Shown here piece after piece: positions 50,201 to 64,000 of a DNA stretch of 64,000 nt (its first letter is position 1; the number at the start of each line of letters is the position of its first letter). This DNA is from Takakia lepidozioides. Its lineage: Eukaryota; Plantae; Bryophyta. The stretch is taken from NCBI GenBank assembly GCA_030704615.1, contig CM060733.1, positions 20,088,001 to 20,152,000 of the forward strand, in the 5' to 3' direction. A model generated the notes under the pieces. That model ran no database searches. It had not been told where the DNA came from and worked only from the letters and a program-made list of their open reading frames with translations. The position numbers and the translations under genes were made by a program.

Positions 50201-51152
50201 ATGGTGCTTTGTTTTGAATCCGGCAATAGTTTCGTGTTCCTGCAATTGGAGAGGACATCATGGCAACAGCTCCAGTTGGAATTATTTGTCTGAAAGAAAT
50301 GAATGAAACAATGAGACAAAAGATCAGTGACAGAGAGATGAAATTGATAAAGATCCTCAATTTATTTCAAAATATCAATCAGATGATCTGCATAACGAGT
50401 ACATTTTTGTGTAAACAGGAAGGACGGGAGACCTCCCGTCCTTGCCTACGTTTCCCCAGTTCTGAAGTCCCAAATCTAAGCCAGGTCCCAACTAGTCTAT
50501 GCAGGAGTTCACTCCTATGAAATCACCTATAGACACACCAGGGAGAAAAGGGCTATCAAGTCAATTCTGATACGCATTGCTCGTCTGGGATCTCAATCAT
50601 CTCTTGCATTGGATCTCTTCTAGAGGTCTCTAGAGAGTATACTGGAGGTGTCAATGTCGGATACCCAGTCTGGGAAAATTTACAATATGTCATCCTGATC
50701 ATCATTCTTACCAGGTGTACACACCGGTGAACTGGGGATGTATCTTGGGGATGCCCGCGAGTACCCAGGTGATCTGGGGACATAAGTGTGGTATTGGGGT
50801 GAATAGCTAGGTGATCCAGGAACGTATGTAGGGGATCCTGGTATGTATTCAGGTGATCCCTATGCAAGATAGCCCCAATAGTATTATGGGGACTCCGGTG
50901 TGTACCCAGGAGACAAATGAATGGATTCTATACAAGCTGGTGACCCGAGTACGTATCGTGGTGAGATCGATTTGTATGGCGACTCTGGTGCGTATCCTAG
51001 ATACTCTTCTGACACTTCCGGGGGTCCCTGGAGTGGTGTCAAGCGGCTTTTACTCACCCATCCCTTAGCTATCCGAGGTGGAAACTCCAAGATAGAAGAG
51101 TTGGAAATCTCTAAGTACTCAGCCCGCTCAGAACAATCAGTCATGACCTACA

Positions 51153-51448
51153 ACTAGTGTTGGTACCGTTGGAAAGCCCTTGACGAGGATTTTTGGACCT
51201 GCGGTGTGGGAGATGTGGAATTTCAAGTATTTTGGGTCGCTGGAAATTCACAAAAAATAGCAAAGTGGGCATTCCTGGCCAATGGTTGGAGCCTCGGCAG
51301 GAGAGATATTAAGGGAAAGGTCACTGGTTCAAATTTGGTCGTAGGCTCTGTGGAATTTTTTTTTTCTAGATATGGTATGCTTCGTGTATTGATGCACTTG
51401 GACTTAGATGACATTGGACACTTGGGCCAACGGCATAGGCTACCCTAG
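51153..51448 (+). mobile_element. 3' part of the same Helitron, in the right inverted arm
   Basis: Reverse complement of 36346-36850 (with deletions), ending in CTAG|T at the identical site of the tandem repeat. Confidence 0.7.
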
Positions 51449-53299
51449 TGGTATTGTGAAATGACAATAAGAGATGTCCTTTAAGGACTTACAATCTTTC
51501 CAGTAAATGATTTCTTAAAAAGAAAATTAAGCCTCCCAAATATTTTTAGGTCATTTTGGTATTCAAAAATATTTAATTTCAATCATATATACACTATTTA
51601 AGTACTTGAAAGGCCCATGGTGTTGTTAAATGACAATATGAGAGGTCTTTTCAGGACTAATAATCTTTCCAGTAAATGGTTGATCCCTTTCCTTATATAT
51701 ATATATATTGGTTGTATTATTCATGTACCTTTCTTCTCACACAAACTTGTCCTTGATTCCCAATCCACCGCCCTTTTACAAACATAATTGCCCTTCAATA
51801 CCAATACACCTAGTAAACCCGTTTGAATATCTATTTCATGTATTCACTCATAGCAATATTTTCAGCAACTCAAAACAATGTAGACATAAATACTGTTGAT
51901 TTGTTAGAAAAATAGTCAGTTGTTAAAGGACATTTCTTTTGGACCTTTCTACAATACTAGATATGGGTCTGTCAATAAATAGTAAGCATGATACCATCCA
52001 TTATATATACATATATGAGTAGGTATCTGCAGGTGGAAAATTAAATTATTTGTGAAAATATGGATATTAGTTATAGAGACTTTGCTCCTTTTTTAAGAAA
52101 CCTCCATTTCTCTAAATGGTCAGCGTGAATGCAATAAATGCATGGAATTCATGCTAGCCCTGCCCTATAGTAATTATGAATAGGTAGTAAAAATCTGGAA
52201 GATCACATAATTAGTCTATTAATAAATATCAAGGTAACAGGATTTGAGCCCTGAATCACCCAGGTGGCAGGCAGGTAATAGCTAATAGACTTTCATTTAT
52301 GGCATGCACAAGAAGTTGACCAGATGTCATTCATTAGAAGACAAAATATTCTCTTGACAACTGTCTCGATCCAATTGGAAGTCTAATCGAAAGTATTGGT
52401 GCTAAAGCAACTGAAACCCTTTGCGTAGTCCTGCCTTAGGACGGTAGGGCCAAAAATTGATAAAGAGCAAGTTTAGAAGAACTAAAAGATATCAGACAGC
52501 GGATGCTACACCAATACCATCATATCATCAGTGATCGGGATGATGCCATAAGAGGATATGGACTTGTCATAACATGGACCATCTCTCTCTGTATACATTG
52601 TCCACACATACATACACATGCAACATCATCTTATCATGTAGTGTATGTAAGGCATGTGCATGTACGCCACTAGAGAGGATGTAGGTATGTTGAGACTTTC
52701 AACTGGCAAGGTTAAGTTACCAGCAAACACGCACCAGCCATTGACATCAGAGACGGTACAGGCAACTGGCAAGGGGTCACCCGGGAATACAACAGGTGAA
52801 AATAGAACTGCAGAGAAATGAAGAATGTGCAAACCGTCCACCGGACTAGTTTTTCACATTTCCAGCGTTTTCATGTGCGATTCGCACTTGAAAAGTGCAA
52901 AATGGACGTTTTTCACACAGGTGCAAACGGGACGCCATACCATACACGTTTCGTCGCGTAGGCGGGTTAACATCCAGCCTTGTTTTCTTCAAAGGGAAAC
53001 CTGACCCCAGGTCGGGCGGTATAGCTTAAAACACTTTGTGGTTCGACAACAGCAATGGTGGAAAATTTTGAAGAGGAGCTGCCCTCTTTCTATGATCTGC
53101 TGGATCGCTTCTCTCTCTTTGCTACATCCGCTTCCTCATGTGACACCCAGGTCTTTCTCTCACTCGGTCTCACTCTTGGGTCTGCCCAGATTATTCAATC
53201 TTTTGGTATTGGGATCCTCCGGTTGCTGGGTTTATGTGTGAAACCAAGAGGGTTTCGCTTCGTGCGAACGAAAAATATTAGAACAAAAGCTTTGGAGCT

Positions 53300-55900
53300 T
53301 CCAAGGCGGACTGTGGTGATCCCGTGACAAAACCAAAAGACAATTTGGTAAGGTAGGATGTAAGATCCAACATCCAACAAGTATCGTGTGCTCGAGGGCC
53401 CATGAGATATTTTCAGGTAGTCTGTGCACCCAGAGAGGCAAGGCTGCTCCTGTGGATGCTGTTTTATCTGTAATATACTGTGCTAAACTATGTGGGGTTG
53501 CCCTCTGCTTGTTAGAACTGCAGAATGGTTTGGTTTTCAAGAACCTTAACTCCTCAATTGTTGGGCAATTGATGGATTAGGATTTATCATTGCGCAGGCC
53601 CCTGAAACATAAAAGTGAATTCTGATGACACCACCTTTGTGAGGGGCTCACTCCAGTAGTGGGAATTACCTTCATAAACAATTAGTTCGGGGTTCTTTAG
53701 AAAGCCTTTCACACAAGCATCAATCTGCTGTATGTGAGCTGCCCAGCAATTAGACCCATCCAGCCAAGGCTTTAGGACCAGCCTCGAGATTTTGACAGTT
53801 GGTGAACAGAGGTGCAGGGACTATGTTCTTCATGGTCGAGAAGAGGGTTGATCTGTGATGAGAATACCCCGGACATTGTATTAGAAATGGATATTGCCTT
53901 CAGGCCACCCGCACATTTGGCGTTGGCAATCTCCCTTTCCTCTCTGCATCTGTTTATTGTTCAAAGGTAGACTCCCCGCCCTGAGTTTCATTTCAGTCTA
54001 GTGCATGGGTAGGTAGGTCCCAGGTCATCCTGAAAGTCCTCACCTGGCTTCTAAAGTCTTAGCATGGTTGGAGTTACCCTCCCAACACGGCAGATGTGTA
54101 CTGCATGGTAGGCTTAATAACATTGCAATGCATGGTCCTTTGAACTTCAGTATTAATCCTCTGTAGTGGAAAAATTGAGTGAGACGGAAAGCTTTGCGTT
54201 TAGCTGTTTGAACCAATTTTTGTATATGCGCATCCTAGTTACAACTGGAGAAAAACTCTACACCAAGATATTGTAGGAAGGGAGCACAGGGATCTCTTTA
54301 CTGGCTCATGTGCATTTGAGATCCCCCCCTCCCTCCCCGCAATCACTGAAGGCCACCCCACATTTACTAACATTGGCTTCTAGCCTCCATAGTACCTCTT
54401 CTCACAATCAATCAACCCTTGAAGATTGGATGCGGTATCCCCTAGGCCCATGAAGTCATCCACAAACGTAAGAGCTGGTATGGTGGCATCACCCACCTTT
54501 AACCCAACTCCCTTGCTTTCCACATCTTTAAGGAGCTGATTAATGATAACATCGAAGAGCAGCGGGGAGAGGGTACAGTGTAGCTCAATGTCAAAGAAAT
54601 GAGACTTCTGGCTATTGCCCATTACACATATTTTGTGTATGAACCTTCTTTCACGGTGTGGTCCTGCTGGGCTGGGCAACACTGTTGATCCTGGATCACT
54701 CCAACACAACCACTTTAGAGACCCAAAAAAGTAATCTAGTATTAATGTCTATTCATGTTTCCCTGGAGCCAGGGGATCACTTTTGCAAGATTCTGGGCCA
54801 GAAAATTTTCTTGCTATTGCATGTAATTCTCCAAGTAGTATCTGTGATGCTTCCAACCCCTTAGATCCACCTGTGTTCGCATACAGGTTGTGAACCATCT
54901 TCCGCATTTTCCCCTTCACCCCAGAGGACCACAGTCGAAGACAGACCCCGTTGTGCCATACCGTTTCATAAGCCTTTTTTACATCCAGAGACAAAGGTTC
55001 TATTCTTTCCCTGGATAGTCTGGCTGAGGGTAAAGATATGGTTGACGCAGTATTTCTCGGGAAGCCCGCCTGACCTTCATGGAAAGTACTTGTAGACTTC
55101 AAATCGACCTTGAGACGGGTGCTTATTATCCTACAATACAGCTTGCCAACTGTGCTAAGAAGTGTAATGCCCAGGCTCTTCTCTGTCGCCTTTCTTATAC
55201 ATATTGGAAATGACACCCTCTCTCCAGTGAAAGGGTTTCCAAATAAGGTTAAAGAGGAAGGCAAGGGCCTCCATTGTAGGATCGCCACCATGCTTAATTA
55301 GCTCATTACAATCCCATCACATCCACCAGCATTATAGCCCTTTAGACGTTCTATTGCTTCAGCAATCTCAGAAGAACTAATGGGCGCGTTGTATCCCTTT
55401 GTACTCCTGTTCATCAGGGCTGTCTTGGATCGTAGGAACAGTTCCTTCCATTAATTTCGAAATCCTCTACAATTAGAGTTGGATTCAAGGCCAAGAAGGC
55501 TGTAGTGTGTTTCAGAGGTTCTCACAATCTCAACCAGCGTGTTCTTCCTGATCATTTTTTGGCGTGTACAAATGCTGTAAGGCACTCAGAATCTCTTACC
55601 ACTACCTCTGTGGGGGTCCAAGTAATGTCACGGTAAAACTCTTCCCAATACATTTTCTTCTGAGCCTTTACTAGCTGATGTACATCTTTTAGAGTTGGTT
55701 ATACTAGACCACAGCTATCTGTCATCTTTGATATTACAGCAGCACCTATAAAGTGCCAGCCTCTCTGTGATCTTAAGCTTCATCTCATTGGTCCACACTG
55801 CTCTTCCTCATACAATTTAGTTTCCTTCCAATGATTTTATCAGACACAGAAGTTAGGAAAGCCTCCAGAGTTCACAGCTCCTTCGAGCTCACTTCTTGCA
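53300..55900 (-). mobile_element. Degenerate LINE (non-LTR reverse transcriptase); boundaries approximate
   Basis: ITLLSTVGKLYCRIISTRL, HEGQAGF, LDVKKAYETVWH, LSPLLFDVII and LTFVDDF. Confidence 0.85.
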
Positions 55901-58900
55901 TCACCCAAGCAACAAGGAGATCTTAGAGCGATTGGATAAAGGGTGGGAGAGCCTCTTTCCATATTCTATCTTGACGTTTTCCTCTGGAAATTTTCTATGC
56001 GTCGCTTTCAAATTGAATGTTTCACAGATCTGTTGGTGTGATAGTCTCTTGATGGATAGTGACCATCCTCTATTTCAATTAAGCATGGAAACTAAAGTGT
56101 TTGCTGGCTAGAAAAGCTGCGGTCAAGCTAAATGGAAGCACCAACTTGCAACTAGCAGAGGTAAACCAGAGAATAGCATGTAACTCACATTTTCTTTGTT
56201 GGCCGATAGATTGGAGAGGATGGCTCTCTGAGCTGCACTTGTGAAGGCTGCATGGAGTGGCAGGGCTTCCTAGAAGGCTGTGGGTCAGTTCATAAGGAAG
56301 TGAAGTATGAAGTTTTTACTCGTGAACATGTCAGTGGTTTGGCACACTATCTGCGGTAAGTCTCGGTAGTTTACGTCTCGGTAGTTAACTTCTTGAGTGC
56401 CTTGACCTTCATGTTTTGCCTCTTCTTAAGATCGAGGATATTGTTGACGTTTCTTAGTTGTTTGACCATCCCACTTGTTAGATTGTGTCTGACATCACAG
56501 GTGCATGTGGCAGCTGCAGGGCAAGAGAGTATGAGCTCCCAGTCATGGAAGTTCTCGAGGTACGAAAGTCCTTTTTGCCTTCCTTTGTTTCACGTATCTT
56601 CCTCTTCCACAAGTAAAGCTAGTTATGCCAAGCACCCTGAGCTGTTAGCCACTTTTCACAAATACGGACTGTGGAGGGCAATACGATCTGAAATGTTTTT
56701 GTATGGATTTATACTTTTTGAAGCCATGCATGATGTGGTATTCAAGCAATTTTGTGCTATTTAGTAAACCTTGCTCACTTTTAAAAGGGCAGGTGGGTGC
56801 AGGCAGCGGGCGCTTGTCTTTTCATCTCAATCAGCTCCTAGCCCAGTTTTACACTGGTCACCAGGTTTCACTCTCCCTTCTCGGGCTTTCCCTCATACCT
56901 CCACCTGTGACTCATTAAGGTGTGGGAACAATTATGTAAAGGTCAAGCTCACATCTGAGACTTCGTTGACTTACCGCCTGGTTAGTTGGTCATCTGACTA
57001 TCAGTCTCTAGCATTTTTAAGAGATCCAGTGTAATATCAAACTTAAGGTGACTCTTCTCAAGAGGCTGTCAGGTGCAGGTAGAAGAGTTGGTATCCATAC
57101 TTTCTGTCCGTTCTTCAAGTTTTATGGTTACAAAGTTGTTCTGAGGCACTTTCCATTTTTTCCCAAAGAGGGAGAGAGGGGGCTAGGAGAGGGGGATATC
57201 CATGTAAGTGTAACCCTATCCATGATATGAATCCTGTAGCCTTGCTGTCATGGCCTCGGTGAGAAACGACCCCTCCTGTTGTAAGCTAATCCCAGCATTG
57301 AACTCCTAGAGGAATTGGAAAGGGTTAAAGAGAGTTGAGGTGCTGATCCTAGACCACATGAACATGCAGGGGCCTGTGGTGAAGGTGACTGCAACTGATA
57401 GTGGAGTGCGAGGTCTAAATGGCCCATCTGTCCAGAAACAGGATGCTCTGCTTGCCATTAGGAGTGCAAAGCCCCATTGTGTGATTGCCTGCTGGATGGT
57501 ATTCGGCTCCAACCTCCCTCTCTCCACATATGTTGGTTAATATTCTATATTTCAGTTAAAGTTTTTTGTGAGAAACTGTGGAAGTGAAAATACCAAACTG
57601 TGTAGGGTTTGGTATAGTTTCTTTGGTGAATATAATATGGTCTATGTGCATCCATGGCTCAGCCTGTAGGTATTGACCCCCTGATTGCCTCAAATGCCGA
57701 CTCATTCTCAGCAGTGAGCAGCTAATAAGTCTTATGAGTATGACTTTTAAACAAACTTCCCTTTGGAATGTATTTTTAGATGAGGTTCCTGTTCATCTGT
57801 CAGGTAGGCCAAACGCACAAGCCTCCACCACCTGACAAGCATCATATAAACCTCTCAGCAACAATACTGCACATGCAAGATGGTTGTACGGCATAGCTGC
57901 TTGATTGTAAAGAGGTTTCTTTTGTGTTGTGTGCCGATGGATGGCAGCCGATGAAAGTTGATTGGACTCATCAGATGCGAGCCACGTCTTCAGTTCATGA
58001 GTATATTCTCATTGGAGAAATGGTATGTTTGTTTGGTCCACGTCTTCTCTCTTTAAAAGTTGATTAGAATCGTCAGATGGGTTGTCACATAAGTTTGTGT
58101 GGTCTGGGTCTTCTTTTCACCTTCCATTTGCAGTTCATTTTGGCTGACAGTTATGTCATAGTTCAACACAGTGGATCTCAGAAAGGCATAGACTTGATGA
58201 CACACGAGAGACAGAGGGATGTACTCAGTAGAAGAAGGTTTTAAGAGTTGAAAGAGGGGAAGATTTGTTTTGGTATTGATGATCCTATTTGGCAGGATGA
58301 TGGAATATGTGGAGACCCATGGCTGACATGGGGCTACTCCCCTCCATTTGACTCCAGCAGTGACAGCGACAGTGACAATGGCAGTGGAAATGAGCCCGAC
58401 AGTAGAATCAAAGCAAGCTCCTTCCACCCTTCCACTCACCTCCAAGACAACAAGTTTCAAAAACTTAAGGCTTGCAGACAACTGAGAGTAGGAGAGGGAG
58501 ACTGTAGTTCAGTCAGCGGTCCTAGACAGGAGAGACCCTCTCGCAAAGAGCCTCAAGAGGGTCAAGAGATGTTGACTCTAATCTCTCAGCTAGGCAGATG
58601 CAAAAGTACCAACATTCTGGGTGACCCTCACCATGAAAGCAGTTCGCAAATATTAGAGAGGAATAGTGTTCCACCTGGGGAGTCTTCACCGAGGAAAAGA
58701 TTTCGAGTGGACTCTGCAGTTATGGACAGGGAAGTCCAGTGCGGTATGCTTGAAATTGAGAAGGGGCAGCAAAATGATAGACTCCACAAAGTGCACAGGT
58801 TGCCAACCGTAAGCAAAGTGTCACAAAGTGAACCGCATTTGTGTGATCGGCTTGAGAAGGCAAGAGGAAAATCTCAATTGACTAAACAAGTTGATCTAGT

Positions 58901-59235
58901 ATGCGACAGAGTGGGTCAGCAATGTGAACCTGTAGATGAAGCTCTGTACAGTGTGAAGCAAAAGTCTCCACATGAGATGGATGGCTGGAAAAGAGTGGAG
59001 TTGAAGAGCCTCGGTAGAGTCCAAATTTGCCGAACAGACGAGCGGTGGTCCACTTGCAGGCACTCCCATACTGTGTCGTTCAGACGCAATTAGGGAAAGT
59101 GTTCCTAATCAAATCACACATTCTGGCTTTGAATAATAAAATTAGACTAGGATTACACCTGCAGCTCCGGTCGCAATCTAATCCCAATTCCATCCATTCC
59201 AATCTGAGTTGTGGTTTTAGACCAAGGATATGTAT

Positions 59236-59422
59236 ACATATATATATATGGCGCCTCCCAAAGGAAGCGCAAATTATGGTGCCTTTTGATCCTGAATGGC
59301 TACTTGCCTTCCGGTAGAGGTGGACACTGGACATCCATGCGACATGCCACCAACCGGTGGATTGAACCCATTGACACTTCCGAGGTGGTATGTGCCCATT
59401 ACCACTCGGCCGCAACTTGGTT
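59236..59422 (-). mobile_element. tRNA-derived SINE, same family as 6582-6758
   Basis: Minus strand reads AACCAAGTTGCGGCCGAGTGGTAATGGGCACATACCAC...GGGTTCAATCC...GGCGCC(AT)n. Confidence 0.75.
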
Positions 59423-60086
59423 ATCAACCCAGGATACATTTAACATCCTTCTTACTACTTAACTGCGATTGGGGACAAGAGTGCACACACTTTGGTAATG
59501 GGCCCATGGTATTCTTAAATATACCGGAGCATGTTAGGTGGTTGTGATTTCTTCCCAAAGATGCCCATTATCGGGCCGTAGACCGCCTTACCTCCAGTAA
59601 CAAAACCCACTTAATATCAATCAAGGTGGGTGTTTCGTTTAAATTCTGAATTGTTGCTCCATTCGCGAATGCGCATGGCCAATACACTGTGATTAAAAAA
59701 AAAACTGTGATCATATGTTCAAATTTGTTGTGCAAGCATGCCATGTTTCACAAGAAGGCCTAGAAATACTCTGCAGAGAATCATTTGGGGGAAGATCCGG
59801 ATCTGCGAGAAGGCCATGTTTGGAGAGAGAGGACTAGGGGACAAAGGTGCAGGCAGCCAATGGCAAAGCGCCAGGTAGACGTCCAGCGAGAGGGAAGAAC
59901 CGCGGTTGTTTTGATGCCTTCTTCTCGGTCTGCCCGACCAAGTCTGACTGTCATCGTCGCCACCCCACTCTAGGGCCCCGAGCTCGCGTGCTCATACTTT
60001 CTTTACAGATTTTCGATTGCGGTGTGGGAGAGGATCGACCTGTGTGGTGGTAGCAGATTAGGGAAGAAGCTAGGTGAGGGGAAGCC

Positions 60087-64000
<3,914 letters not shown>

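Larger units (their letters stand above)
32996..52968. mobile_element. Long-inverted-repeat (foldback-like) element: left arm ~32996-36850, right arm ~51153-52968
   Basis: Collinear reverse-complement matches: CCCGTTTGCACCT...GTCCATTTTGCAC (33015 vs 52931), 33200-33920 vs 52500-52690, 34115-34310 vs 51790-52000, and satellite plus Helitron (36170-36850 vs 51158-51680). Exact termini and TSD are uncertain. Confidence 0.7.

Noticed and set aside
50620-51050. Degenerate TACCCAGG/GTGATC repeats and short Pro/His-rich ORFs
   Set aside because: Low-complexity sequence with no stable period or recognisable domain.
58248-59093. 281-aa ORF upstream of ATP synthase beta
   Set aside because: It has a non-ATG start, no recognisable domain and no clear splice partners. 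I cannot support it as a gene without expression data.

Overview
Intron-containing nuclear DNA from a land plant; a bryophyte such as a moss is my inference from the ATP synthase beta transit peptide and the TE content. Host genes are an intact CYP71-clan cytochrome P450 (minus, 1330-3285), a truncated paralogue of it (~16845-17265), two tandem-duplicated family-1 UDP-glycosyltransferases (18917-22993 and 27022-31050), and the 5' part of the mitochondrial ATP synthase beta gene (60087 to window end). The rest is nested mobile DNA: two LINEs, a Gypsy integrase fragment, tRNA-derived SINEs, hAT/Tc1/PIF MITEs, a Helitron and a ~20 kb long-inverted-repeat element. The main finding is an ~11 kb Mutator-like transposon (38035-~49066, with a target-site duplication). 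It carries a WRKY/GCM1-DDE-SWIM transposase and, divergently, a ten-exon ~1200 aa cargo gene that fuses a ParB/Srx-like domain to a beta-class N6A/N4C DNA-methyltransferase-fold domain. The cargo gene's two long introns and the 3' flank of the transposase hold arrays of 22-28 bp palindromes centred on GTYRAC. A second, truncated member of the family (12887-~16015) has the same methyltransferase motifs and its own palindrome array with the same core but different arms. This resembles a self-targeting (ParB/parS-like or anti-silencing) module. All calls come from reading the sequence; no searches were run.
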